From assembly GCA_965220745.1 (NCBI GenBank), contig CBDCQT010000013.1, positions 672,001 through 736,000 of the forward strand: a DNA stretch of 64,000 nt, written 5' to 3'. This stretch comes from Alphaproteobacteria bacterium. GTDB lineage: Bacteria > Pseudomonadota > Alphaproteobacteria > UBA828. Below are positions 27,552 to 37,289 of this stretch, one piece after another. Below the pieces are notes generated by a model. That model saw only the letters and a list, made by a program, of their open reading frames with translations. It did not search any database and was not told the origin of the DNA. Both the position numbers and the translations under genes were made by a program. Numbering within the stretch: the first letter of the stretch is position 1; each line of letters begins with the position of its first letter.

Positions 27552-28160
27552 TCACGGATGCGGCGGCTCAGCCTGGGCAAGAGCCTCCGCCGCCCAGCCA
27601 GGAACGATCCCGGCGATCCACCAGGCTCCGTCCTTCAGGATCGCAACTTCGCGGTGCGGCCGATCGGGATCGGTGTTGTCGTAGAGCAGGACGTCGTGCG
27701 CGCGCGCAATCGCCGCCGGGAGATTGGCGTGTGAGCGCGCAAACCGCCGCCGCACATCCGCTTCCGGAACATCGTGACCGCCGAGCGCGACCCGGTTGCG
27801 GATGCGATCGAGCGCCTGGTCCGGCGAGGCGACGGACAGGAAGTGAAGGACGATCCGGTAGCCATCACGCCGCGCGGCCTCCATGTGGTGAAGAATGCCG
27901 GAACCGGCAAGCGTCGTCTCCACCAGGTGCGTCCTCCCGGCGGCAAGCGCAGCCTGCCGCCGGCGCAGCGCCTCGCGCGCTGCCTGTCCGGTGGAGCCGG
28001 CGGTCATGCTGCGCGCGATCGCATCGGGGTCGATGATGTCAACGTCGCCGAACCAGGTCGTCCGCGTCAGACTGGACTTGCCACACCCGTTCGGACCGGA
28101 AACAACGATGAGAGTCGGCAAGGCCGCTGCCGGGTCAGGCGGACTTCTGCCCGGGCGCAC
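27552..28160 (-). CDS. Zeta-toxin-like / AAA P-loop ATPase
   Basis: VSGPNGCGKSSL, IDPDAIA, ETTLAG, RIRNRVALGGHDVPE..RRRFARS, LYDN. Confidence 0.85.
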   Translation of the reverse strand: MRPGRSPPDPAAALPTLIVVSGPNGCGKSSLTRTTWFGDVDIIDPDAIARSMTAGSTGQAAREALRRRQAALAAGRTHLVETTLAGSGILHHMEAARRDGYRIVLHFLSVASPDQALDRIRNRVALGGHDVPEADVRRRFARSHANLPAAIARAHDVLLYDNTDPDRPHREVAILKDGAWWIAGIVPGWAAEALAQAEPPHP

Positions 28161-28338
28161 TGAGCACCCGGTCCCCCTCCCTGGTCCGTGCGATATAGGC
28201 GCCGTCCGAACGGACGCCGTAGAGGGTACCGCCAGCCTCGACCTGGGCTGCCAAGTCTGCCCTGATCTGGTCGCGCCAGTCTTTCGGGCGACCCGGTATG
28301 TCGGGCGGCGGCGCGGGTGTATGCCTGTGCTCTCTCAT
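28135..28338 (-). CDS. Small protein, putative antitoxin partner of the zeta-like ATPase
   Basis: 67 aa ORF overlapping the ATPase start. Confidence 0.5.
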   Translation of the reverse strand: MREHRHTPAPPPDIPGRPKDWRDQIRADLAAQVEAGGTLYGVRSDGAYIARTREGDRVLSAPGQKSA

Positions 28339-28698
28339 GCCGCCGACCCTACATTCGACGGTCGCGGCCTTCAACCCGATACAGATCGATACTGCGCGGG
28401 AACAGGCGGCGGCCCGAACGCCCCAAACATGTGCCGACGGCGTCACGCCGCTGCGGGATCGTCCGTCGACCTTCCCGCGAGTTTGACTTGCCCCCACACT
28501 CCGGCGGGAAGGGAGAGTCACGATGTGTCCGTCGCCAGGGCATCACTTTCGTTCGTGATCGACGCGGCGGCTGCGATGATGGGGCTGAGGCGACCCGGCT
28601 CAACGTGTCCAGGTTGAGCGCCTATGCTGCGAGGTGCTGCGAGGAAGCGCATTCCTGCGGGATCGGCGATACGCGGAAACCGGAAAGCGTCCCTCGCT

Positions 28699-29076
28699 TC
28701 AGTCGCTGGCGAGGAGATCCGACTGGGAGAGTCTGGCGTCCCGATGCGTCCTGTCGATCTCTTCGTGGCGTCCCTCGCGGACCAGTTCCTCGCGCTTCAG
28801 CGCCGCGACAAAGTACACGCCGCGATAAGTGCTCTCGATCAGTCTCACCAGTCCACGCGGCAGCGTGCCCTCGACGGAGCCGGCATCGCCGATGGCTGCC
28901 GCCAGGGCGGCATTGCGAACGAACTCGCCGGGTGAATCGTCACGTGTGGACGCCGCCACTTCCACCGCTTTCCACTCCGACTTGGAGAATCTGATGCTAT
29001 GGTTTGTTCGAGTGTCGACGCATTGTCTGTTCGCAAAGCCGTTCGTTCCTTTTGATATGGGCTTGTTCGATGTCAT
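28699..29076 (-). CDS. RHH-like (MobC/TrwA-type) relaxosome accessory protein
   Basis: HSIRFSKSEWKAVEVAA..SPGEFVRNAA strand-helix-helix pattern; adjacent to oriT. Confidence 0.6.
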   Translation of the reverse strand: MTSNKPISKGTNGFANRQCVDTRTNHSIRFSKSEWKAVEVAASTRDDSPGEFVRNAALAAAIGDAGSVEGTLPRGLVRLIESTYRGVYFVAALKREELVREGRHEEIDRTHRDARLSQSDLLASD

Positions 29077-29159
29077 TGTTGCATCCTTCGTGTTTGAGAC
29101 TGGAACGTTCGGCGCTCAAGCCGCCGAACAACTTCTTCGATCGTACAGTTACGAGACGG

Positions 29160-29412
29160 GGTATAGCAGCCGTAGTGCGGCCGCACTACGGGGTTTCGGT
29201 AGCGCAAAACCTACGCGTTGCGATGCAACGCGCTTCTAGAGAAAGCATTGTTTACAAACATACTTTGATCGCACTGCGCTGCAACGCGCTCGCTCCAACG
29301 GCAATTTTGCAGGTTTAATCATGCTCCTGCCAACTTCTGCGCACGATTGCAGCAGGAATTCGGGGAAATAGCATCTTTGCACCCGCGGTGCGTGGGGTGT
29401 GAGAACAGAAGC
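29160..29412 (+). other. oriT of element 1; predicted nic between 29400 and 29401
   Basis: GCACC-CGC-GGTGCGTGGGGTGT^GAGAACAGAAGC matches the F nic core TGCGTGGGGTGT^G, preceded by an R388-like hairpin. Also palindrome cgtagtgcggccgcactacg and direct repeat tgcaacgcgct (29224, 29280); lower GC. Confidence 0.8.
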
Positions 29413-29869
29413 GGCTCCGCCGTAGAGCCGCGACTATGGGGGGCAGTAGAAAGGAGTCAGGGCCCAGCCTCAAGAGCGGGGCAAGGGGGACGATCCGCGG
29501 CAGTTGGCCGGGCGATTGCGCTGGGAACGCAACGGCGTGCTGCACGACCGCATTGGGCAGTGACTGGGGCACGCGATCATGGTCCGCACGATTGACGGAT
29601 CACCATCGTCATCGCCGGTGTCGGGCGTGGTGGCGCCGGGCCGTTCAGGCCCGGCGCCACCAATGTCCGGAGAGCGTCCGGCGACGGCGCGCGAGCGCCG
29701 AGCCAGACGCGACGGGCCGCGGATGGCGGGCCGCGGAACGGATCGCTTGCCGGGAGCGCGGCGGCGGCGCGTAGCGCCGCGACGCGCGACGCGGGGGCAC
29801 GGCGAAAAAGAGAGAGCCGATCCGCGCCGAGGCACGGACCGGCTCCTGGGGGGAGGAGGAAGCGCCGCT

Positions 29870-30790
29870 TCAGGCAGCGACGCTCATGACCGGGATGCCG
29901 AGCTGGCGGGCCTTGTCGACCAGGTTCCCGGTGATGCCTGAGCCGGGGAACGCGATCACGCCCTTCGGCAGCAGGTTCAGCAGCTCGTCGTTCCTGCGGA
30001 AGGGGGCAGCGTTGCCGTGCGTCTTCCAGTCCGGGCGGCACACGACCTGGTCGACGCCGCGCGCGTCCGCCCAGCTCGCCGCGATCTTCTCGACGCCGGG
30101 GCCGCCACCGTGCAACAGCACCATGTCGCCGTACTTCGCGCGCGTGGAGTCGAGCGTGGTCCAGATGGCGTCGGCATCGCTGACGGTCTTGCCGCCGGTG
30201 ATGGCGACGAGGGTGCCGTCGGGCAGGTGCGCACTCGTCTCGCGGTCCTGCCGTGCGCGGCGGAAGTCGCGGGCGTCGATGGCGGCTGAGGTGAGGGTTC
30301 CGGTCTGCGAGGTGTGCGATCCGTGACGCGGACGCCAGACGTCGCCGGTCTCGACACGGTAGGCGTCGGCAGCGAGGTCGCGGAGCTTCTCGAACGCGTC
30401 GCGCCTGTCGCCGAGGTTCTGTGCGCGGTCGGTCAGAGTCTGCAGCTCCCATGCCTTCACCTCGGTGCCGTCCTGCGCGCGCTCGAGGTCGCGCATCTCG
30501 GGCGCGATGCGGTCGACGGCACGGTCGAGACGGGTGACCTGGGAGTGCAGCATGTTGACGAAGCCCCACATCAGGGGCTCGCGCTCGTCGGCCATCTGGG
30601 TGCCGTCGACGGTGACTCCGTCCACCATGACGCGGATGGCCTCGGACAGCGCGTCGATGGCGTCGTCCTCGTCCCAGACCTCGCGGCTGTCGAGCTCACC
30701 GCGCTCAGGGCTGGCGCCGTAGAGCGCGATGCTGTCGCAGACGGCTGCAGTGGCGGAAGCGGATGCGGTAGCGCTGGTGGTGTCGATCAT
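29870..30790 (-). CDS. DUF2493 / YspA-SLOG domain protein
   Basis: VAITGG, LLHGGGPGVEKIAASWA, AAPFRRNDELL, VIAFPGSGITGNLVDKA; N-terminal helical domain. Confidence 0.85.
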   Translation of the reverse strand: MIDTTSATASASATAAVCDSIALYGASPERGELDSREVWDEDDAIDALSEAIRVMVDGVTVDGTQMADEREPLMWGFVNMLHSQVTRLDRAVDRIAPEMRDLERAQDGTEVKAWELQTLTDRAQNLGDRRDAFEKLRDLAADAYRVETGDVWRPRHGSHTSQTGTLTSAAIDARDFRRARQDRETSAHLPDGTLVAITGGKTVSDADAIWTTLDSTRAKYGDMVLLHGGGPGVEKIAASWADARGVDQVVCRPDWKTHGNAAPFRRNDELLNLLPKGVIAFPGSGITGNLVDKARQLGIPVMSVAA

Positions 30791-30924
30791 GACGATCTCC
30801 TTCGGTTCGTCCTCCGAGGCGGTATGCCCCGTCGTGACGTCCTTTTCGGGTCACGCGCGCGCAGCGGAAGCACCTGGCCCTGGAAGCTCTTGGGCGGGAG
30901 TCGGTGCGGAAGGTCGCCGATTTC

Positions 30925-31262
30925 GGTGCGGAAGATGGCGCCGGCGTTCAGGTGGGAACGGTGCTCTGCAGCAAATCCATTCCAGTGGTCATCACGGCGC
31001 CGGGCCGGGCGGGCCCTCTTGGGCCTGCCCGGCGTCTAGGCGCCGCCACGAATGGTTCCGCGAATGGATTTGATGCGGTGCAGCGTGACGCGGCGGCCCC
31101 GCGCCAGGGGCCGGCGCGCTGCAGGACGGGGCGGTTGGTGATTACACGCAAGCCATCTTCACGGTCGGCGACCTTCACGGCCCGCCTTAGAGTTTCCTGG
31201 GCCAGGCCGAAGGGAGCGGAGCGACCGGAGGACCCGCAGGGTTGCTGCAGCGAGCACGTGTG
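30925..31262. promoter_or_regulatory. Conserved structured non-coding element, candidate ssDNA (Frpo/ssi-like) promoter, copy 1
   Basis: Close inverted copy at 44363-44702; long stem caaatccattc (30972) / gaatggatttg (31062). Confidence 0.55.
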
Positions 31263-31501
31263 AGACGATTGGACGAAACGACGGGAAGAGCCTTTGTTGG
31301 AAGCTCCTCCATCTTTGTCTTTGGCAAGCGGAGCGCGCAGCGAGCGTTCGCGAGCGGAGGCGAGAGGGATACCCGCCCGAAGGGACGAGACCGCGCAGCG
31401 GGCTCGGCAGGGTAGCCCGGCCGCGAAGCGGCTCGCCCGAAGTGCTCCTTGAAGGCCGCAGGACAATCCACGAGGGCATGGCATGGTCGAGGGGCCAGTC
31501 A

Positions 31502-31741
31502 TCACGGCCACAACGGATGTGTGTCCACGAGACGCTGCGCCTCGGCGCGGATGCGCGCGCGGTCGTGCACCGAGACGGGGCCGCGATGGTCTTCGGAAAG
31601 ATGGATGACGTAGTAGTGCGCGCCCGCGTTGAGGATGTCTTCCTGCCGGTAGACCTCGCCGACGACGGCGCCGTCCTGGTAGATGCGGGATTCCTCAGGC
31701 GTGATGCGCCGGAAGGTGAGGTCGGTGCGATAGCGTCCCAT
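31502..31741 (-). CDS. Small conserved leading-region protein
   Basis: Paralogue at 43960-44187 (FRR...RIYQDG..VGEVYRQEDILN....YVIHLSEDxRGPV.VH.R). Confidence 0.75.
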   Translation of the reverse strand: MGRYRTDLTFRRITPEESRIYQDGAVVGEVYRQEDILNAGAHYYVIHLSEDHRGPVSVHDRARIRAEAQRLVDTHPLWP

Positions 31742-31798
31742 CCGGGTGCTCCCTTCGTGCCTGGCGGGCGGGTTCTCTCTCTCCATCCCGCGTCTTGT

Positions 31799-32830
31799 TC
31801 ACGCCAGCTCCTGCTGCCCTCTCACTCCCGCGAAGCGGAAGAGGGGCGCGAGGCGCGCGCGCAGAGCGGCGGAGCCGAGCGCGAGCAGGTCGTCGTTGAA
31901 GTCCGCACCCTCGGGAACGAGGACATGGACGGGCACGCCGGCCCGCGCACAGCGGCGGGCGAGGCGTTCGGCCGCCCACTCGCCTTCCGGGTCGTTGTCG
32001 CGGGCAATAACGAGCCGGGCTGTGCCGGCAGGAGGCGCGAACGCGCCGAGGCTGCCGGCGGACAGCGCGGCGGCGGCGACGGTGTCCGGCATCGCGGTGA
32101 CCAGCGACAGCACGGTCTCGATGCCCTCGCCGACCAGCAGCGTGCCGGCCGCCGGGTTGCCGAAGCGCACGGCGAGGCCGTGGACACGGCCGAGCGCCTT
32201 GCGCGGCCGCGCCACGGGCGCTTTGGCCGGGCGCACCGGATCGAGCCAGGTGCGGTGGACGCCGGTAATGGAGCGGTGACCGGGGTGTTCCCCCGGAACA
32301 GGGTGTTCCCCTGCGTCGCCGGTGACGGCGGCGACCAGCGCCGGCAGGCGGCGTATGCCGCCGCCGTCGCGGTAGAAGAGCGAGGGGTGGAAGCGGAGCG
32401 CGGGGAAGCGGCAGCGGTGGATGTGCCGGGCGCGGAGATAGGCCTCGGCATGGGTGCCGTCGATGGCGCGGCAGCGCTGCCACAGGCGGCGCGCCGCTTC
32501 CGTGCGGTCGTATGAGTCGGGGCCGCCGGCGACGGCCGCGGGCGGCAGCGCGAGGAAGGCGCGCGCCTCGGTGAGGGCGGCGCGGAGCGAGCCCGCGCCG
32601 GAGGCGATGCGGATGAGATCGAGCAGGTCGCCGTGCTCGCCGGTGGCCGCATCCGTCCACTTGCCGGGGACGCCGGGCGGCGAGAGGCGGACGAAGAGCG
32701 AGCGCCCGCGGGCGCCGCGAATGTCGCCGGCGGTCCAGTAGCGGCCGTGCTTGCGGCCGTGGGGAAGGTAGCGGCGGCAGACCTCCTCCGCGCGCGCGCC
32801 GAGGGCGGCGGCGACGGCGGTGGCGTTCAT
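31799..32830 (-). CDS. Toprim-domain primase-like protein
   Basis: YLPHGRKHGRYW, GKWTDAATGEHGDLLD, AEAYLRAR, VGEGIETVLS, IARDND, DFNDDL. Confidence 0.85.
   Translation of the reverse strand: MNATAVAAALGARAEEVCRRYLPHGRKHGRYWTAGDIRGARGRSLFVRLSPPGVPGKWTDAATGEHGDLLDLIRIASGAGSLRAALTEARAFLALPPAAVAGGPDSYDRTEAARRLWQRCRAIDGTHAEAYLRARHIHRCRFPALRFHPSLFYRDGGGIRRLPALVAAVTGDAGEHPVPGEHPGHRSITGVHRTWLDPVRPAKAPVARPRKALGRVHGLAVRFGNPAAGTLLVGEGIETVLSLVTAMPDTVAAAALSAGSLGAFAPPAGTARLVIARDNDPEGEWAAERLARRCARAGVPVHVLVPEGADFNDDLLALGSAALRARLAPLFRFAGVRGQQELA
32276..32311 (-). repeat. 18-bp family A, 2 units inside toprim 1
   Basis: gtgaccggggtgttcccc-cggaacagggtgttcccc; absent from toprim 2. Confidence 0.9.
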
Positions 32831-33087
32831 GGCGCGCCTCCGGCGCGCCTGACGGCACCGGCGCGACCGGGACGACGGACAGGATCGGAGAGCATGGGAG
32901 CACCTCGCTCGCGGCTGCCGGGGGAACGCCCGGTCCCGGCCCCTCTCCGACTCCTGCCGGCGCCGGGACGGCGGGCGATGCGCGAAGCGCGAGCCTTGCC
33001 GTCCGGCCGGGAGCGGCTCTGAACGGGCTGCAAAAAGGGGGCCACGCCGAAACGTGGCCCCGAGGGAGAGGGAGAGGCGAATGGAGG

Positions 33088-33225
33088 CTAGGACTTGCGG
33101 ATTGTGCGACTGACGAAGGCCCTGCCCGGACGGAAGCCCTTCATCGCGTCAACCGGCCCGTGGGCACGGCGGACGATCTTGAGGGAATCGCCAACCCTGG
33201 TCCATGTGGCGTAGGTCGTCTTCAT
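33088..33225 (-). CDS. 45-aa hypothetical protein
   Basis: ATG preceded by AGAGGAG RBS; lies in the leading region. Confidence 0.5.
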   Translation of the reverse strand: MKTTYATWTRVGDSLKIVRRAHGPVDAMKGFRPGRAFVSRTIRKS

Positions 33226-33467
33226 GGTTCGTGCTCCTCTGCGGGTGACGGGAGTGAGGGGCGACCTCGCCTCGATCTCCCCTGGGATCACGCGTGAAGC
33301 GCACCCCTCTGACTCTTTGTCGGGACGGCGAGGCCTAGGGAAGGAGCGAAAAAATGGCCGGTCCCGCGCGGGAGGAACGCGGAACCGGCCAGGGTCAGCG
33401 GGAGGGAGGGACCCGCCGAAACGATGTTGGGAGGGGAAAAGTTACAAAGTCGAAATCGTCTAAAGCG

Positions 33468-33499
33468 AAAGCCCGCAGGGAGTTATCCCTGCGGGCTTT
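33468..33499. terminator. Intrinsic terminator downstream of the truncated ssb
   Basis: aaagcccgcaggga-gtta-tccctgcgggcttt. Confidence 0.7.
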
Positions 33500-33520
33500 A
33501 CAGTTCCGGCAATGGGCCCT

Positions 33521-33820
33521 TTAGAAGGGGATACCGGAGCCGTCGTCCGTGTCGGACGGGGCGGCATCGGCGGTGGCCGTCGCCTCACCGTTGGCGGGCG
33601 GGGCGCCGTTGCCGTTGGTGCCGGCAGGCTTGTCCAGGAACTGGACGCGCCCGCCGGGGACCAGCAGGATCTCGGTGGAGAAGCGGTCCGAGTCCTCGCC
33701 GTCCTTGCGCCAGTTGCGGGTCTGGAGCTTGCCCGAGACGTAGACCAGGCGGCCCTTCTTCGCGTGCTTCTCGAGCATGTCGATCAGCCCGTCCTGGAAG
33801 GTGACGCAGCGGTGCCTTTC
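33521..33820 (-). pseudogene. ssb: 5'-truncated ssb
   Basis: HRCVTFQDGLIDMLEKHAKKGRLVYVSGK...DDGSGIPF is nearly identical to the 3' part of ssb 42168-42617; similarity stops at the TEWHR position. Confidence 0.85.
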
Positions 33821-34043
33821 AGTAAGCAGAGGATTCTGCACAGGACACACGCACGCGGAGATACGATCAGGTACGATGAATTGGATGAAAACCGCAGAGT
33901 TCTGCCACTTTTCCGCCATAATGCCGTATCGCACTCCCGACAGGAGCACGCTCCGCTACGCGTCCATTCGACATCAGTCGCTTGCAAGGTGCTTACTGAG
34001 CGCCTACCATGCCCGACCGTCGAAAACTCGCTACACCCGACCC

Positions 34044-35225
34044 ATGCCCAGACGCGCCGAACGCAAACTCTCCAAGCGCACCATCGACGCCCTCGCCGTT
34101 GACGAGCGCGACGCCGTCTTCTGGGACCGCGACCTGCCCGGCTTCGGGGTCAGGGTCTATCCCTCCGGCCGCAAGGTCTACCTCGTGCAGACCAGGGGAC
34201 CGAAAGGCTCGAAGCGGGCAACGCTCGGCCGCCACGGAGACCTCACCCCGGACCAGGCTCGCAAGAAGGCTGCGGACGCCATCGACCGCATCAAGCGCGG
34301 CGAGGACCCGCTCCCGGCTGAGCCCAAGCCCGAGCCCACCGTGGCCGACCTGGCCGCGCACTACATGCGCGCCCATGTTGAGGTGAACTGCCAGCCGGCG
34401 ACCGTGAAGGACTACCGGCGCACCCTCGATCTGCACATCCTGCCCGCGCTCGGGGAGATGGCGCTCGCCTCGGTTGAGCGCAAGCATGCCGCCGACCTCC
34501 ACTACCGGCTTCGCGAGACGCCCACACGAGCGAACGCGGCGCTGAAGATCCTGTCCCACATGTTCGCCCTGGCTCCGGGCTGGGGCTTCGAGACGGGCGG
34601 CAGGAACCCCTGCCGCTTCGTGCGCGGCTATCGGGAGCGCAAGCGCGAGCGCTTCCTGACGCGCGACGAGTACCGCCGGCTGGGCGACGTCCTGGACGAG
34701 GCGGAGAAGGGCCGGATGTCGGTGTACACGGTGACCGCGATCCGCGTGCTGATGCTGACCGGGTGCCGGCGCAACGAGGTCCTTGAGCTGACGTGGGACG
34801 ACGTGGACCGGACCACGGGGGAGCTGCGGATTCGTCACGCCAAGACCGGCCCGCGCCGGGTGCCGCTGACGCCGCTCGTGGCGGAGATCCTTGACGCGCT
34901 CCCCCGCGTGGAGGGCAAGCCCTGGGTGTTTCCGGGCCGGGGCGCCGACGGCCGCCTGGTCAACATCAACGCGCCGTGGCAGGCCCTGTGCGCGCGCGCC
35001 GGGCTCAAGGACGTGCGCATCCATGACCTGCGTCATTCGTACGCCTCGCGCGCGCTGGCGCTGGGCGAGAGCCTGACCACCATCGGCGGTCTGCTCGGTC
35101 ACACGAAGGTGCGGACCACCGCGCGCTATGCGCACCTTGCGCGCGACACGGAGATCGCGGCTTCGGCGAAGATCGGGGCCAGCATCGGCGCCCATGTCCT
35201 GCAGGACGGGACCGAGCCTGCCTGA
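34044..35225 (+). CDS. Tyrosine integrase with N-terminal arm-binding domain
   Basis: FWDRDLPGFGVRVYPSGRK; TGCR, KTG, HDLRH, LLGH, TARYAH. Confidence 0.95.
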   Translation: MPRRAERKLSKRTIDALAVDERDAVFWDRDLPGFGVRVYPSGRKVYLVQTRGPKGSKRATLGRHGDLTPDQARKKAADAIDRIKRGEDPLPAEPKPEPTVADLAAHYMRAHVEVNCQPATVKDYRRTLDLHILPALGEMALASVERKHAADLHYRLRETPTRANAALKILSHMFALAPGWGFETGGRNPCRFVRGYRERKRERFLTRDEYRRLGDVLDEAEKGRMSVYTVTAIRVLMLTGCRRNEVLELTWDDVDRTTGELRIRHAKTGPRRVPLTPLVAEILDALPRVEGKPWVFPGRGADGRLVNINAPWQALCARAGLKDVRIHDLRHSYASRALALGESLTTIGGLLGHTKVRTTARYAHLARDTEIAASAKIGASIGAHVLQDGTEPA

Positions 35226-35252
35226 CGCGGCGTTCGGGGAAGAGGTGCAGCG

Positions 35253-36494
35253 ATGGCGAAGCTGAAGCGGCGGTCGATCTCGCGCCGCACGGTCGACGCG
35301 TTGTCCGTCGACAAGGACACCGTGTTCTGGGACCGGGAGCTGACGGGCTTCGGAGTCCGCGTCTATCCGTCGGGGGCGAAGTACTACATCGTGCAGGTGC
35401 GCGGCCCGGAGGGCTCGAAGCGTCTCACGGTGGGCCGGCACGGCGTTATCACGGCGGACCAGGCGCGGCAGCGGGCGGCGCTGATCATCGCCCGGATCAA
35501 GGCGGGGGAGGACCCGATCCCGGCACCATTGCCGCCATCCCCGGACGGCCCGACGGTCGGCGAGATCGCGGCACGCTACCTTGAGCAGCATGTGGCGGTA
35601 CGCTGCAGGGCGAGCACGGCGAGCATGTACCGGCGCAAGATCGAGCGCTACATCCTGCCGGCCTTCGGCGCGTTGCCGCTTTCTGCGGTGACGCGCGAGC
35701 AAGTCGCGGCGCTGCACTACGAGCTTCGCGACAGGCCGGTGCTGGCGAACCACGTGGTCGAGGTCCTGTCGCGCCTGTTCACCATGGCCGAGTACTGGGG
35801 CCTTGCGGCCGAGGGCGGCAACCCGTGCCGGTTCGTGAAGCCCCACCGGGTGCGTCGGCGTGAGCGCTTTCTGACGGAGGAGGAGTTCACCCGCCTGGGC
35901 CGGGTTCTCGCCGAGGCGGAGACGGACGGCCCGGCGATGCCGAGCACGGTTGCGGCGATCAGGCTCCTCATGCTTACCGGGTGCCGTCGCAGCGAGATCC
36001 TGGAGCTTCGGTGGGACGACGTGGACCTGGAGCGCCGCGAGCTGAGGTTGCGCCACACCAAGACGGGGCCGCGCACGGTGCCGCTGAACCCTGCTGCGGT
36101 GCAGGTGCTGGCGGGGCTGCGGCGGGTGCCGGACAATCCCTGGGTGCTGCCGGGCCGGCAGCCGGGCCGGCGCATCTCGAGCCTCAACGAGCCCTGGCTG
36201 CGGCTTCGCAAGCGTGCCGGGCTGAAGGACGTGCGGCTTCATGACCTGCGTCACAGCTTTGCGTCGCGCGCGCTGGCGCTTGGGGAATCGCTTCCGATGA
36301 TCGCGCGGCTGCTGGGCCACGCCGAGGTGCAGACGACGGCGCACTATGCCCACCTGAGCCGCGAGGCCCTGAATGCGGCAGCGGCCAGGATCGCGGACAG
36401 CATCGGCGAAGACATCCTGCGCGGCAGCGCCGGCCTTCGCGCCGCTGAGAGGCGGGGCCGAGACGGACGCGGAACGGCAGGGGCAAGAGGGTAG
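35253..36494 (+). CDS. Second tandem tyrosine integrase
   Basis: FWDRELTGFGVRVYPSG; TGCR, KTG, HDLRH, LLGH, TAHYAH. Confidence 0.95.
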   Translation: MAKLKRRSISRRTVDALSVDKDTVFWDRELTGFGVRVYPSGAKYYIVQVRGPEGSKRLTVGRHGVITADQARQRAALIIARIKAGEDPIPAPLPPSPDGPTVGEIAARYLEQHVAVRCRASTASMYRRKIERYILPAFGALPLSAVTREQVAALHYELRDRPVLANHVVEVLSRLFTMAEYWGLAAEGGNPCRFVKPHRVRRRERFLTEEEFTRLGRVLAEAETDGPAMPSTVAAIRLLMLTGCRRSEILELRWDDVDLERRELRLRHTKTGPRTVPLNPAAVQVLAGLRRVPDNPWVLPGRQPGRRISSLNEPWLRLRKRAGLKDVRLHDLRHSFASRALALGESLPMIARLLGHAEVQTTAHYAHLSREALNAAAARIADSIGEDILRGSAGLRAAERRGRDGRGTAGARG

Positions 36495-36508
36495 GCCCGG
36501 CTGACCCG

Positions 36509-37180
36509 TCAGTTCGACCCGCAGCAGCGCTCGTAGATCCGCCCCGAGCCGCAGCGACAAGGCGCGCCGCCGACCGCCTCGAAGCCGCCGCGCGCGGCGG
36601 CCATCCCCAGTTCGCCCCCGAATCCTTTGGATAGCGCCCACGCAGCGAGCGCCCGAACGCAGTCCGGGATCAGATCGGACGCGGACCGGCGGATCTCTTC
36701 GACCGCGTCCTCCGCCAGGTCCGAGACACCCTCGCCGATGTCGTTCATCGTCTCGATCATGGCGAGCGAAGCCATGGCCTCCCCATCGCCGCTCGCCCCG
36801 ATCTGCAGCCATGCCTCCGGCCGCAGGCCCTTCGCCTGCCGGAAGCCCCAGACCCAGGGCTCCCACAGCAACTCGCCCGTGCCCGGATAGAAGCCGAGGA
36901 CCACCCTGTATCCCTGTGGATCGCTGGCGAGGTCTTCGGCCACCCGCCGGTAGTGGTCCATGACCGCAAAAGTCGCGTCCACCGACTCTTCGACATCCTC
37001 CGACGCCCTGTCGCCGCCCCATACCAGCGGCAGCCACTCCGCCGGCCCGACCCACTCGGGACAAAGCACGAGCCCGGCGACGAAGCCGTCCAGCTCGACC
37101 ACCGTCATCGCCTCCCGCTCTTCCCCCAGCCGGTCCAGCAGGTCCGTCAGGAACGCGATCTCTTCTCCCGTGTGTCTCAT
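36509..37180 (-). CDS. YecA/UPF0149-family protein with SEC-C motif
   Basis: ELDGFVAGLVLCPEWVGPAEWLPLVWG; WVWGF; C-terminal PCRCGSGRIYERCCG. Confidence 0.85.
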   Translation of the reverse strand: MRHTGEEIAFLTDLLDRLGEEREAMTVVELDGFVAGLVLCPEWVGPAEWLPLVWGGDRASEDVEESVDATFAVMDHYRRVAEDLASDPQGYRVVLGFYPGTGELLWEPWVWGFRQAKGLRPEAWLQIGASGDGEAMASLAMIETMNDIGEGVSDLAEDAVEEIRRSASDLIPDCVRALAAWALSKGFGGELGMAAARGGFEAVGGAPCRCGSGRIYERCCGSN

Positions 37181-37289
37181 GGCGTGGGCATATGATGTCT
37201 GCCGCGCGGCGAGGTCAACGGCGGAGGGCAAGCCGGAGCGCCGCCGCCCTGCCGGCCGGGTCGGCCTGCACAGGGACTTGGATGCGCCC

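Noticed and set aside
33993-37064. Long antisense or alternate-frame ORFs (33993-37064, 59875-62601, 51343-53865, 12386-14860 and others)
   Set aside because: Shadow ORFs expected from high GC3, overlapping well-supported genes and lacking motifs.
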